Assembly (NCBI GenBank): GCA_039889305.1
Contig: JAVVFV010000005.1
Location: 21,358-85,357, forward strand
DNA length: 64,000 nucleotides
DNA from: Candidatus Zestomicrobium tamdykulense
Lineage (GTDB): Archaea > Thermoproteota > Thermoprotei_A > Sulfolobales > NBVN01
Direction of reading: 5' to 3'
Under the pieces are notes generated by a model. It did not search any database and was not told the DNA's origin. It saw only the letters and a program-made list of their open reading frames with translations. Shown in pieces: positions 48,148 to 58,073 of the stretch (position 1 is its first letter; every line of letters begins with the position of its first letter). The translations under genes were made by a program, and so were the position numbers.

Positions 48148-49555
48148 AGTGGTTCTTAGCTTAAGTGTTAAAGAAGTTAGGAGAGCGTTGAGTGCTAGAG
48201 GGTCTCTACTACTCGTTAAGTCTGTTGAGGGGATTAAGTATGGTGAGGTAGTTGAGGTAGTCCTACCTAACAGTGAGTCTAGAGTAGGTCAAGTCATAGA
48301 TGTAGGTAAGGACGTAAGCATTATTCAGGTCTTTGGCGGTGTTAGCGAGATAAACGTAGACTCAATAAGGGTCAGGTTTAAGGGAGAGACCCTGAAAATC
48401 CCTGTATCTCTAGACATGTTTGGGAGGATTTTCGACGGCTTAGGAAACCCGATTGACGGAGGTCCTAAAATAATCCCTGAGGACTGGTTAGACATTAATG
48501 GAGCCCCGTTAAATCCTGCAATGAGGGAACCACCCTCAGAATTTATAGAGACCGGGATTTCAGCTATAGATGCTCTCTTCTCTATAGTGAGGGGGCAGAA
48601 ACTACCAATATTTAGTGGGGCAGGATTACCACATAACAGAATAGCTGCTCAGATAGTTAGGCAAGCCACCGTGAGAGGTAAGGAAGAGAGGTTCGCTGTA
48701 GTTTTCGCAGCTATAGGGGTGACTTACGAGGAAGCTTACTTCTTCATAGAATCACTCAAGAAAGCTAAGAACGTGGAGAACGTGATCTCATTCATTAACA
48801 CAGCTTCCTCACCAGTGATAGAGAGGATAGCTGTTCCTCGAGTAGCTCTAACAACAGCAGAATTTCTTGCTTGGAAACACGACATACATGTTTTAGTAAT
48901 AATGAGTGACATGACTAACTATGCTGAAGCGTTGCGTGAGCTTTCTGCGGCCAGGGAGGAAGTTCCTGGTAGGAGGGGTTATCCTGGCTACATGTACACG
49001 GACTTAGCAACCATATATGAGAGAGCTGGTAAAGTAGCAGGTAAGAAAGGATCCGTTACTCAGATGCCTATACTGACGATGCCTGACGACGACATAACGC
49101 ACCCAATACCTGACTTAACAGGCTACATAACTGAGGGTCAGATAGTTCTTTCGAGAGACATGTTTAGGAAGGGCTTATACCCACCTGTTGATGTCTTGCT
49201 GTCTCTCTCTAGATTGATGAAAGACGGTATAGGTCCGGGGAAAACTAGAGAAGATCATTATCAAGTCTTCATGCAGATGATAGCTGCCTATACGGAGGGT
49301 CAATACTTGAGAGAACTCTCAGCCATAATAGGAGCTGAGTCTCTTAGTGAGAGAGACAGGAAATACTTAAACTTTGCTGACTTATTTGAGAGGAGATTTA
49401 TTAATCAAGGAGAGAACGAACGAAGAGATATTGAAACAACACTTGATTTAGGTTGGGAAGTTCTTTCCGTCTTGCCTGAAGAGGAGTTAAAATTGATAAG
49501 TGTTGAGAACATACGGAAATACCACCCCAAATACAGGTCTGTAAGTCTTCGGTGA
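48113..49555 (+). CDS. atpB: A-type ATP synthase subunit B
   Basis: Conserved B-subunit core ([35 protein letters not shown]). The real start is probably the GTG at 48140 or 48149. Confidence 0.93.
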   Translation: MIISGSFERVGEVVLSLSVKEVRRALSARGSLLLVKSVEGIKYGEVVEVVLPNSESRVGQVIDVGKDVSIIQVFGGVSEINVDSIRVRFKGETLKIPVSLDMFGRIFDGLGNPIDGGPKIIPEDWLDINGAPLNPAMREPPSEFIETGISAIDALFSIVRGQKLPIFSGAGLPHNRIAAQIVRQATVRGKEERFAVVFAAIGVTYEEAYFFIESLKKAKNVENVISFINTASSPVIERIAVPRVALTTAEFLAWKHDIHVLVIMSDMTNYAEALRELSAAREEVPGRRGYPGYMYTDLATIYERAGKVAGKKGSVTQMPILTMPDDDITHPIPDLTGYITEGQIVLSRDMFRKGLYPPVDVLLSLSRLMKDGIGPGKTREDHYQVFMQMIAAYTEGQYLRELSAIIGAESLSERDRKYLNFADLFERRFINQGENERRDIETTLDLGWEVLSVLPEEELKLISVENIRKYHPKYRSVSLR

Positions 49556-49561
49556 GAGTTA

Positions 49562-50197
49562 GTGTCACAGCAGATGCTTAGACTAGCTAGGCCCACCAAA
49601 ATAGAGTTTATACGACTCAGACGTAGGTTAGCAACTGCTAGGAGGCTTCACCGAGTACTTAGAGATAGGTTATTAATTCTAACGCAAGAACTAGTAGCTC
49701 TGTATAAGGAGGTAATAGAGCATAGACTAAAGATTCATGAAGAAATAGTGAAGTGTGAGAAGGAATTAATAAGAGCTTCGTCCTATGTAATGCCCTGGAC
49801 TTTCGAGGAATTCTCGAATATCAGGGTAAAGTCTTTCAGCGTTGTTGTTGGTTCAAGAATAGTTGCAGGAGTCAAATTACCGCTACTTGAGTATGAAGTT
49901 ATTGAGGGTCTTTACGATCCCTCAACATACCCAATCACGCTCGAGGAAGTAAGTAAGTGTTATGAGGACTTAGTAAAAAGAATAATTAGGTTGGCTGAAA
50001 CAGAAATATCTTTACTCGAGGTTGGTAGGGAGGTTCAGAAGGTTAAGAGGAAAGTCAACGCTCTAGAAAACCTAATAATACCTAGACTTAGAGCCACCAT
50101 AAAGTACCTGAGAATGAAGTTTGAGGAGAGGGAGAGAGAAGACAAGATTAGGAGGAAGCGCATTAAGCAGGTCTTATCACGTAGGACACGTATATAA
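49562..50197 (+). CDS. atpD: A-type ATP synthase subunit D
   Basis: 211-aa coiled-coil protein, PTK.E..RL.RRL..A.R N-terminus. Confidence 0.88.
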   Translation: MSQQMLRLARPTKIEFIRLRRRLATARRLHRVLRDRLLILTQELVALYKEVIEHRLKIHEEIVKCEKELIRASSYVMPWTFEEFSNIRVKSFSVVVGSRIVAGVKLPLLEYEVIEGLYDPSTYPITLEEVSKCYEDLVKRIIRLAETEISLLEVGREVQKVKRKVNALENLIIPRLRATIKYLRMKFEEREREDKIRRKRIKQVLSRRTRI

Positions 50198-50243
50198 GTT
50201 TTGTTGCGATGTAGACGTTTGGTAGGAGCTCTCATAAAGTCTT

Positions 50244-50696
50244 GTGGGGTTTATACGCGTGAGTGAGGACAGAATTCTTGAGTATCTGTTGGAGAGGGAA
50301 TTAAGAGTTGTGAATAGTTATGTGGCGGTAAAAAGAAAAACACTTACAGAGCTCCTTAAGGAAGACTACCCACACGTCCTTACTTTAAGTGGTGATGTAC
50401 ATATGTTTCGCAAATCTGAGTTGATGCTCGCGAAAGAGGTGATGGGGGAGGATGCCGAGAAACTTATGTTACCAATATATGTGGAGTTAATCCCGGCTCA
50501 AACAATCACTACAGGCGTTGTAAGAGAGGAGACGGCTACGAAGCTGATTTCAGCTCTTTTAGGAATTAATTACTCTACTCCTCTCTATGTTTATCCTGTC
50601 CAGCTAGCAGAGTTAAGGAGAAAAATAGGAACCTTGATTCAGTATGTTGTTAGTCCTGAGGTGTTGAAGGAAATCAGAGATAATGAGGAGATCTAG
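50244..50696 (+). CDS. Conserved archaeal protein, probably UPF0216/DUF61 family
   Basis: The pattern KRKTLTELLKEDYPHVLTLSGDVHMFRKSELMLA...LPIYVEL resembles my recollection of DUF61 proteins. Confidence 0.5.
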   Translation: MGFIRVSEDRILEYLLERELRVVNSYVAVKRKTLTELLKEDYPHVLTLSGDVHMFRKSELMLAKEVMGEDAEKLMLPIYVELIPAQTITTGVVREETATKLISALLGINYSTPLYVYPVQLAELRRKIGTLIQYVVSPEVLKEIRDNEEI

Positions 50697-50735
50697 ATAC
50701 TCAACTTAGGAGGGAATCTCCATCAGAATAATCTC

Positions 50736-51152
50736 TTACTCTTTTACTTGCTGGGATTTTATTACGGCATAAGTTATTGAGGACTTAGGTATTACTAATC
50801 CTTTATCGCCTGCCCTAACACCTATTTCGTACCTAGATATCTTGGATAAGATCCCTGAAACAACAGAACCATCAATCAAGTGAAGCTCCAGCTCAACACC
50901 TATTAGCTCGGCATCAATTACTGTATCATTTAGTTGTTCAGTACTAAAGCCGTGGAGATCGGAAGGCTCTACAGTAGCTGTTAAGATAGCGTGCCTGAAG
51001 AGAACATATACCTTATCTTTCGATACTACGCCTATCTCGTACCTGGAAACCTCGTCAATAATTCCCCTAATAGGTTCTGAGGCTCCGAGAACCCTGAACT
51101 CTACTTCCCTTCCATTGAATCTTGCGTCAATTATGTTCTCTCTTAACGGCAT
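50736..51152 (-). CDS. Protein with two tandem Sm/Hfq-like repeats
   Basis: Internal duplication: GREVEFRVLG..IRGIIDEVSRYEIGVVSKDKVYVLFRHAI versus GVELELHLIDGSVVSGILSKISRYEIGVRAGDKGLVIPKSSI. Confidence 0.5.
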   Translation of the reverse strand: MPLRENIIDARFNGREVEFRVLGASEPIRGIIDEVSRYEIGVVSKDKVYVLFRHAILTATVEPSDLHGFSTEQLNDTVIDAELIGVELELHLIDGSVVSGILSKISRYEIGVRAGDKGLVIPKSSITYAVIKSQQVKE

Positions 51153-51187
51153 CTAAACACCTTGAGGATTTATTCACAGCAAAGTTT

Positions 51188-52621
51188 TTAAGTATATTGA
51201 AGCTCTGCGTAAGGATATTCCTTCATAACGAAGGAAGTGAGCCAAGTCATGAAATCCTTGTTTTTCTTGAGGTCTTCAGGAATACCTGCGAATTCGCTAA
51301 TGACGTTTAAGAAGGTTAAGTCTTTAGCTGTGAGCTCCTTACTACCGAGAGAGTTTAGTAGTTCTTGCGCGTGCTTGTATTTCCTCTTAATTATTGCTTT
51401 AGGTAAGCCGTCTCTCGCTACCCAAACAGCTAATGTTTTGTCTGAAGAACTGTGTTTCGCTATAAAGTTTAGGAGTCCCTTACATATTTTTGGGGGTCCT
51501 GCCCTAACCTCATAGGGGGATAAGTAACCTCTGTGAGCTAGGTCTAAAGCTATGAAGGCTTGGTCTACTTCATTACTCCAGAAGTCGTAATCTACTACGT
51601 AGAATCCGTAATTTCCTAATAAACTAGCTGCTCTCCTACCAACTCTCTTGAGTTCCCCCCATAAAACGTCTGGAGGTAAGTTTTTAGGGACTGAATACCT
51701 GAGTAAAAGAACTATTCTCTCACTCTCCTCAAGAAACCTAGTCAACTCATCGAGAGGTCTTACTTGCGGTTCGTGGAAGAATAGTTTTCTTGAAGGCTTA
51801 GTAATGAATGTGTTGGAAGCTATTACGGCTATTTTTAAAGCTCTCTCGGAGACTGCGGAAGCAGCGTTTCTTCTCGGGTCGACCGGGTCTGGCACTATCA
51901 AGGCATCATCTTTAAATATTTTCCTAAGTTCCCTAGGTGTTAGAGACTCGTGCGTTGTTTCTTCATCAATTATTACTACCTCGCCTTCACGCCATCCACT
52001 CATAGCTTTAAGAGCTTCAATGAATGAGCCATACTTTATTATGATTAGTTCGGTGAGGTATCCTGAAAAACCCTCAACCCTTACTTCTGCCCCGTAAATA
52101 CCTATACTCTTCATAAATTTCTTTAGTAGTCTTACTTCATCTCTCATGTAGTCACTCAGTCTGGAATTCACGTATCTAGTGTGGAAGGGGGTTCTATCAA
52201 CAGCGGTTGTTATTTCTTCGGGGTTTTTAGCCCAGTAAGCTGGCACGATATCTATCTCGAAGCCTTCTGTTCGTAGTGTTATGTATGGGTGTGAAGCGTA
52301 CTTAAGCTGGAGCTGATACCTACTCAACTCACTCTCTAGTAAGGGTTTTATGATATGTTCCTCAATCCACTCATTACTTAAGTCTTCCTTTCTTACGAGT
52401 ATGAAGATATCGAGATCTATATCGCCTCTGATTGAAGTTCCCTTAGCGAATGAACCCTCTAAAGAAATCATGAAGTCGTAACTTATGTTCAGAGAAGACT
52501 CTACTAATTCTTTTATTTTCTCGAATAATTCGAAACCTTTCCTTACTTCTTCTTCTGTTGGTCTTAATTCTTTCTTAACTTCCTCAAGTAGCTTGCTTAG
52601 GTCCTCACTCAACTCAACCAT
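51188..52621 (-). CDS. cca: CCA-adding enzyme (class I tRNA nucleotidyltransferase)
   Basis: GSFAKGTSIRGDIDLDIFIL nucleotidyltransferase motif, 477 aa. Confidence 0.9.
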   Translation of the reverse strand: MVELSEDLSKLLEEVKKELRPTEEEVRKGFELFEKIKELVESSLNISYDFMISLEGSFAKGTSIRGDIDLDIFILVRKEDLSNEWIEEHIIKPLLESELSRYQLQLKYASHPYITLRTEGFEIDIVPAYWAKNPEEITTAVDRTPFHTRYVNSRLSDYMRDEVRLLKKFMKSIGIYGAEVRVEGFSGYLTELIIIKYGSFIEALKAMSGWREGEVVIIDEETTHESLTPRELRKIFKDDALIVPDPVDPRRNAASAVSERALKIAVIASNTFITKPSRKLFFHEPQVRPLDELTRFLEESERIVLLLRYSVPKNLPPDVLWGELKRVGRRAASLLGNYGFYVVDYDFWSNEVDQAFIALDLAHRGYLSPYEVRAGPPKICKGLLNFIAKHSSSDKTLAVWVARDGLPKAIIKRKYKHAQELLNSLGSKELTAKDLTFLNVISEFAGIPEDLKKNKDFMTWLTSFVMKEYPYAELQYT

Positions 52622-53180
52622 CCTTTAAATCAATTACGGTGATATCCATGTATACGGGTCCTTCAGGTCTTAAAATACTCCTCTTTAGCTTCACTTTACT
52701 TACTTGTGTGAGCCCGAATAAGGTGTTCTCGTATGTCGAAACCACGTTCTTAAGACATACTGGATCGTAAGAACCTTTCACTCTACCAACAGTTATGTGT
52801 GGTACGAATTCTTCCCTGTCAGGTTCTGCGAATCTTCTTAAACATTCTTCTAGTCTGCTTCTTACGGACCTCAATTTATCGAAGCCTTCAGTGATTCCTA
52901 CCCACAGCACTCTAGGTCTGCTTATGGAGGGGAACGCACCCACACCCTCAATCCTCATCTGGAATTTAGTGAATTCGCTAGCACGTGCTACACACTCACT
53001 TATTTGAGGAACGTAGTTCTCATGAACCTCACCAATAAATCTTAGGGTTAGGTGAATGTTTTCGTCTTCAACTCCTTTAATCCCTTTCTCTTTAGAGCAG
53101 GACACTACAGCATCTCTAAACTTAATTATATCTCTTAAAACATCACTGTTTTCTATCTCGACAGCAACGAAAAGCCTCAC
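52614..53180 (-). CDS. thpR: RNA 2',3'-cyclic phosphodiesterase / 2'-5' RNA ligase (LigT/ThpR)
   Basis: Two H-x-T-x motifs, HLTLRF and HITVGR. I chose the GTG at 53180 because the longer track ORF runs through tRNA-Pro. Confidence 0.8.
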   Translation of the reverse strand: MRLFVAVEIENSDVLRDIIKFRDAVVSCSKEKGIKGVEDENIHLTLRFIGEVHENYVPQISECVARASEFTKFQMRIEGVGAFPSISRPRVLWVGITEGFDKLRSVRSRLEECLRRFAEPDREEFVPHITVGRVKGSYDPVCLKNVVSTYENTLFGLTQVSKVKLKRSILRPEGPVYMDITVIDLKDG

Positions 53181-53216
53181 CAAGCTTCTCAACCAATTTT
53201 TAATCAAGCTTAAACA

Positions 53217-53223
53217 TTTAAAA
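53217..53223 (+). promoter_or_regulatory. Putative TATA box of tRNA-Pro
   Basis: TTTAAAA, 26-32 nt upstream of tRNA nt 1. Confidence 0.4.
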
Positions 53224-53248
53224 GATAACTTAAACAAAATCTTTGGTA

Positions 53249-53354
53249 GGGGGCCGTCGTCTAGCTTGGATAGGATGCCAGCCTGGGGAAGTCTCCCCGA
53301 GGAATACCTCCGGATCGCTGGTGGTCCGGGGTTCAAATCCCCGCGGCCCCACCA
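53249..53354 (+). tRNA. tRNA-Pro(GGG) with 28-nt intron at 37/38 (53288-53315); CCA encoded
   Basis: Acceptor GGGGCCG/CGGCCCC. Anticodon stem CCAGC/GCTGG with loop CTGGGG|intron|C. Intron CCCC pairs with the anticodon GGGG (helix of a bulge-helix-bulge). T arm CGGGG-TTCAAAT-CCCCG. Ends A-CCA. Confidence 0.85.
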
Positions 53355-53433
53355 AACAGTATTACCTAATCATTATTTCGGAGGACTGGAGCTTTCTTCA
53401 TAGATCGTTAGTTCGTATCAGAAATAGTAGTAG

Positions 53434-53643
53434 TTAGTAAGACCTAACACTAAAAAGAAACTTGTTTTTTCTGGGGTCAGGTATTTTTTCTACTTTACCC
53501 TCCTTGATGAGTTTTACTAAGACTCTTCTTAATTCTAAATCCAGAAATTCTTCTTTCTTTTCCTCACGCAAATACTTACGTAACTCTTCAAAAGTAGTTG
53601 ACTTAAGAGTCTTCAACGCGTCGATTACTGCTTCCTCAAGCAA
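53434..53643 (-). CDS. Small winged-helix-like protein (69 aa)
   Basis: FEELRKYLREEKKEEFLDLELRRVLVKLIKEGKVEK. It overlaps the upstream aminotransferase stop. Confidence 0.4.
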   Translation of the reverse strand: MLEEAVIDALKTLKSTTFEELRKYLREEKKEEFLDLELRRVLVKLIKEGKVEKIPDPRKNKFLFSVRSY

Positions 53644-55027
53644 TACTGTGTTCCCTCATGACCTCCTTAAGGACTTCCTCCATTATGTTCATAGATCTCT
53701 CCATTATTTCCTGCGATATGATTAGGGGTGGAGCTATCCTTATGGTTGAGAATCCAGCACCTATTACCGCAATACCTCTCTTGAAGCACTTGATTAGGAA
53801 AGACTCTAGTTCTTTCTTAGCGTACTCTTTAGTTTTTCTGTTCCTGACTAATTCTATACCTATCATTAATCCCTTCCCCCTCACATCACCAACTATTTCG
53901 TACTGATCCATCCATTCCTTAGCTCTCCTCATCACGTAGTTACCTACCTTCTCAGCATTCTCAAGAAGCTTCTCGCTCTCAATTATCTTTATGACTTCTG
54001 TCGCTGCTTTCAGAGCTACGGGGTTGCCTCCGAAGGTGCTTGCGTGAGATCCTGGGGGTAGATTCATTACTTCTTCTCTCCCACCCACTACACCTAACGG
54101 TATGCCTGAAGCTACTGCCTTAGCCATGGTTATTAGGTCTGGGTCAACACCCCAATTTTCTATTGCGAACCACTTACCGGTTCTCCCAAACCCGCTCTGA
54201 ACCTCGTCAGCAACTAGGAGTATTCCATTATTTCTTGTTAGCTTCCTGAGCTTAGGGAAGAAATCGTCAGGCGGTACTACGTAGCCTCCCTCACCCTGTA
54301 TAGGTTCTACAAACACAGCAGCAATTTCTGTAGGGTCTACCATCCTTCTAAATATCCACTCTTCTATGAATCCTATTACCGCGTCACCGCACTCATCAGG
54401 ATCTACGTGGAATGGACACCTGTATGGGTATGGGTAGGGAATATGAATGATTGCGGGGAGTAGTGGCTGGAAGCCTTTTCTTTGTGCTGGTTTGCTGGCT
54501 GTTAGAGACATAGCTCCATGTGTTCTTCCGTGGAACGAACCTATAAACGCCATCATGTAGGGTCTCTTACCTCCAGCACTACCCTTACTAATCTTCATCG
54601 CTGCTTCAATAGCTTCAGCACCGCTATTACCGAAGAAGAATTTCTTCTTACCGGGGATAGGGATTACCCTAGATAGGTTTTCAGAATACTCAACTACTTC
54701 CTCGTAGTAGAAGTCCGTAAGAGAATAATGTATTAATTTCCTGACTTGCTCCTCAACAACCTTAACTATCCTAGGGTGGCTGTGCCCGACATTCATGACA
54801 GCAATACCTGAATTAAGATCCACGAATAAGTTGCCATCAAAATCCTCAATCACTACCCCGTAACCGCTCTTAGCAACTAGAGGATACCACCTAACGAATG
54901 ACTGCATTAATAACTCATGATCTTTTTCGACAATCTCCCTAGATTTGGGTCCCGGCGGCTCTACAACTATTTTAGGTAGACTCTTAGGGTCGTACTTCTC
55001 GTAGTAATAGAACTCTATTTTACTCAC
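53636..55027 (-). CDS. Class III PLP-dependent aminotransferase (4-aminobutyrate/acetylornithine type)
   Basis: GNSGAEAIEAAMK, ADEVQSGFGRTGKWFA, and MAKAVASG with the PLP Lys. Confidence 0.88.
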   Translation of the reverse strand: MSKIEFYYYEKYDPKSLPKIVVEPPGPKSREIVEKDHELLMQSFVRWYPLVAKSGYGVVIEDFDGNLFVDLNSGIAVMNVGHSHPRIVKVVEEQVRKLIHYSLTDFYYEEVVEYSENLSRVIPIPGKKKFFFGNSGAEAIEAAMKISKGSAGGKRPYMMAFIGSFHGRTHGAMSLTASKPAQRKGFQPLLPAIIHIPYPYPYRCPFHVDPDECGDAVIGFIEEWIFRRMVDPTEIAAVFVEPIQGEGGYVVPPDDFFPKLRKLTRNNGILLVADEVQSGFGRTGKWFAIENWGVDPDLITMAKAVASGIPLGVVGGREEVMNLPPGSHASTFGGNPVALKAATEVIKIIESEKLLENAEKVGNYVMRRAKEWMDQYEIVGDVRGKGLMIGIELVRNRKTKEYAKKELESFLIKCFKRGIAVIGAGFSTIRIAPPLIISQEIMERSMNIMEEVLKEVMREHSIA

Positions 55028-55151
55028 CGATAGTATTATTCACGCAAGTATAAAAAATTTTGCTACTACGTGAAATATTTTCACTAAGAAAAATTCAATC
55101 CATTATAGTTGCATCAAACACTAACCTCCAGGATAGGTAAGCAAACGGTAG

Positions 55152-55225
55152 AGCCGCCGGCGGGATTCGAACCCGCGACCCCCGGCTTACGAGGCCGGTG
55201 CTCTACCCGGCTGAGCTACGGCGGC
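55152..55225 (-). tRNA. tRNA-Thr(CGU), no intron, no encoded CCA
   Basis: The reverse complement reads GCCGCCG-TA-GCTC..GAGC-A-CCGGC-CTCGTAA-GCCGG-GGGTC-GCGGG-TTCGAAT-CCCGC-CGGCGGC-T. Confidence 0.9.
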
Positions 55226-55255
55226 TCCTACTAGTATTCTTAGTGTTGGAGTTTT

Positions 55256-55960
55256 TTAGGTTTTATTGTTTTTCTCTTCTGTTTCCTTCAATTCTTTCCT
55301 TACTTGTTCTTGGAGTTCCTTAATTTTCTTTGCTTGTTCTACAGCTTTCTCTATCCACTCCCTACTAGCTTCTATTCCTTTCTTCGCGAAGTATGTTATT
55401 GCTTCACTCCTGCTCTTGAATATCCCTGCATCAACTAATTCATCAATTATTCCTAAGTCTTTATCTCTCATCCTAATAGTAACTACTTGAGTTGTTTTCG
55501 TGAGTGTTGAGGTGATTGTTTCCTCAATTGATTCTATGGCTTTCTCAACATCCTTCATAACTTCCTCAATAGAGGACTCAACACCCCTAAAAACTTCCCT
55601 AAGTATGTTGCGCGGTCCTACACCAACGTATACTTCGAAGAATCTCTTACCTCGTTCCCTCAACTTCTTATTAATTGAGTCAACCTTACTCATTACTTCT
55701 TCAAGACTATCTCTGAAGTAATCTAGAGACTCTTTAATCTCTTCATCACTAAGCTTATACTCCCTAGCTAACTCACTCAACCTACTCAACGAGCTCTTAA
55801 TATCTCTTAATATGTTAACCATTCCTTCAGACCAGTTCTTGAATGCTCTGTAATACTCACCATTCTCATACAACTCCTCAACTTCCTTAGTAAGTACTTC
55901 AACACGAGACTTAATCTCCCTAACTAACTTTTCTATTTCTTTCCTGAATTCTTCACTCAC
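55256..55960 (-). CDS. Coiled-coil protein with C-terminal ribbon-helix-helix domain
   Basis: VVTIRMRDKDLGIIDELVDAGIFKSRSEAITYFAKKG is CopG-like. The N-terminal 150 aa are Glu/Lys-rich helical. Confidence 0.55.
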   Translation of the reverse strand: MSEEFRKEIEKLVREIKSRVEVLTKEVEELYENGEYYRAFKNWSEGMVNILRDIKSSLSRLSELAREYKLSDEEIKESLDYFRDSLEEVMSKVDSINKKLRERGKRFFEVYVGVGPRNILREVFRGVESSIEEVMKDVEKAIESIEETITSTLTKTTQVVTIRMRDKDLGIIDELVDAGIFKSRSEAITYFAKKGIEASREWIEKAVEQAKKIKELQEQVRKELKETEEKNNKT

Positions 55961-56202
55961 GATCTCACCAAAAATACATAAATACGGAGTTTATAAGTAT
56001 TTTGGAATACTAAATTACATAAATACAGTAATACAGAATAACGAGAAGACATCAAATACTCAAGACTAAGAAAACAATTACTAAAATTGCAAAACCTTTG
56101 ATAAAACACACTTACTGAGTTATTGGTTCTGAGTGAGTGATTATCATTAACTACGTTAATTATGAATTAATAACTCACTAGTGAGTAGTTTATGAGGGAG
56201 CT

Positions 56203-56469
56203 ATGAGGGTCTACGTGACATTCCTTGGTAGAGCTAGTGACTTAGTTGAGGGTAGAAAGGTTTATGAAGTTGAGTTAAGCGAGGGCTCCACACTCGCTGA
56301 CCTGCTGAGAGTTATTAGAGACAAGATTAGTAGGAGGGTTGGTGAAGGAATTCTTGAAGGGAGGCTCTTCCTCTACATATCTGTTAACGGGGTCGGGGTC
56401 TTAAGCCTGAATCACGTCCTCAAAGACGGTGATAGTGTTACGTTCTTAACTCCGGAGATGGGTGGTTAA
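56203..56469 (+). CDS. MoaD/ThiS-family ubiquitin-like small protein with C-terminal Gly-Gly
   Basis: 88 aa, ending DGDSVTFLTPEMGG. Confidence 0.72.
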   Translation: MRVYVTFLGRASDLVEGRKVYEVELSEGSTLADLLRVIRDKISRRVGEGILEGRLFLYISVNGVGVLSLNHVLKDGDSVTFLTPEMGG

Positions 56470-56479
56470 TCAAGCTGAT

Positions 56480-56947
56480 TCAGTCTGTTCTTACGATTTT
56501 TACAAGTCCTGCTACCTCTAGAAACAGGGCTATGGTGGACTTAAGCAGAGTTAAGGAACCTTTCGAGTATCTATGATTGTTTAAGACTAAGTAGTCTGAA
56601 GTTATTACGACTGGCACGTTACCTTCAGAATCTAAGAAACCCATCAAGACGAGCTTCTCATACTTCCTAATCAATTCTATCAACTTACTTAGGAGTTCCC
56701 CATCAATGCTTGATGAATCGATTGCTGCAGGATCTGCTTCGAGAATCTTACCTAGCCTCACGTTAGCTAGCTTCTCAGCGATGTCGTTGATCATGGTAAC
56801 CTCCTTCTCACAAGCCTCAATAACTGGAATACCTAAACACCAATCCATTAATGAAGAAACTTCTCTGATAATACCGTCAACGACTTCCTTACTAAACCTA
56901 GCCAACTTCAAGTCAGTTAACTCGCTCTTAAGTAAGTCTTTAAGCAC
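56480..56947 (-). CDS. Probable GINS subunit Gins15 (Gins51)
   Basis: 155-aa helical protein immediately downstream of priS and pcna, the arrangement described for Sulfolobus Gins15. The sequence itself gives only weak support. Confidence 0.5.
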   Translation of the reverse strand: MLKDLLKSELTDLKLARFSKEVVDGIIREVSSLMDWCLGIPVIEACEKEVTMINDIAEKLANVRLGKILEADPAAIDSSSIDGELLSKLIELIRKYEKLVLMGFLDSEGNVPVVITSDYLVLNNHRYSKGSLTLLKSTIALFLEVAGLVKIVRTD

Positions 56948-57053
56948 TAAAGCACCCTACTAAGAATAGGTTAGCTACCAAAATAAAGATTATGCTGGAG
57001 CATGTTTAGGAAGTTATTTCTCTTAATTTTAGCGTTGTTTGGGTTAAGTAAGA

Positions 57054-58073
57054 TTAAATAATTTCTGCCACGTTATTTAGTGCTAGATAGACAGCAACCC
57101 ACCCAGGAACGACAACCCTCCTACCACTAACTAGTTTTAAGGAGTAATCAAGTATTTTCAGTTCTTCTTTTGATGAGTACCTCGGCTTTATTTCAGTATC
57201 TTTCTTGAAGGGTGATAAGTGTGGGCTGACGCTGAAACTTACTAATTCTGATTCACTACTCAGTAGAGTGACTTTGAAGCCTGTCTTGCCGTTCAGAGTA
57301 TTAATTACTCTAGCAAGCTTAGTGAGGTCTGGAGTAACTAACTCATCTATTTCTACTTTAGCACTCCTTAAAGCTTCTTCAAAGCTTAGGGTCGGGTCTG
57401 TCTCCATAAGCTTGAGTACTCTTGTGTATAATGCTGTGAACTTGAGAGATCTTGCTCTCCTACTTCTAGCACTAATCTTTTCTATATTCTTAAGCTTAAT
57501 GAAGTCTACTACTTCCCTCCTATGTCTCGAACTCAGTCTCAGCCAGTCCTCATCTCTTGGTCTGACGATAGTGTGGAAGCCTCTATGACCTGTGAAGTAC
57601 GTCCTGATCTCACTCATGCTGAAGCCGAAGAAGCGCGTCAAGATATCAAGTAGTTTTAGCTGTTCTTGCTTACCAACCTCCACACACTCCTGACTTACTA
57701 CGGTTAGTGTGGCTTCAGGTACTAAATGATACTCTAGCGTGCTGCACTCAGGTATGTGGTCAACGTCTATGTCGAAAAACAACTCAGCGAATATGTATCC
57801 CTTATCTTCTATTTTCTGTGCTGCAGGATCACTATACAGAGCTACGGAGTAGTATGAGTTCTTGGGAGTCTCCCTAACTAGGAATTCCTTAAACTCAGCT
57901 ACGTTCTGGAATGATAAGTGCCTAACGAAGCTACCGTTGAGAGTCTGGAAGGCGAACTCTCTAAGTATTAAGTCTTCAGGTAGTAGGAACTCGTTCAGCG
58001 ATATATAGTACTCCCTGAGTAGCTTCTGGAGCCGACTGTGCTCGTTCTTCTCACTCCGTTCTCGGCGCGACAT
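57054..58073 (-). CDS. priS: DNA primase small (catalytic) subunit PriS
   Basis: ELFFDIDVDH catalytic Asp motif and FTGHRGFH motif. Confidence 0.88.
   Translation of the reverse strand: MSRRERSEKNEHSRLQKLLREYYISLNEFLLPEDLILREFAFQTLNGSFVRHLSFQNVAEFKEFLVRETPKNSYYSVALYSDPAAQKIEDKGYIFAELFFDIDVDHIPECSTLEYHLVPEATLTVVSQECVEVGKQEQLKLLDILTRFFGFSMSEIRTYFTGHRGFHTIVRPRDEDWLRLSSRHRREVVDFIKLKNIEKISARSRRARSLKFTALYTRVLKLMETDPTLSFEEALRSAKVEIDELVTPDLTKLARVINTLNGKTGFKVTLLSSESELVSFSVSPHLSPFKKDTEIKPRYSSKEELKILDYSLKLVSGRRVVVPGWVAVYLALNNVAEII

Noticed and set aside
52614-53336. The full 240-aa LigT ORF from the track.
   Set aside because: The N-terminal 52 codons run antisense through tRNA-Pro and its promoter, and the LigT family core begins at VRLFVAVEI. 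I used the GTG at 53180.
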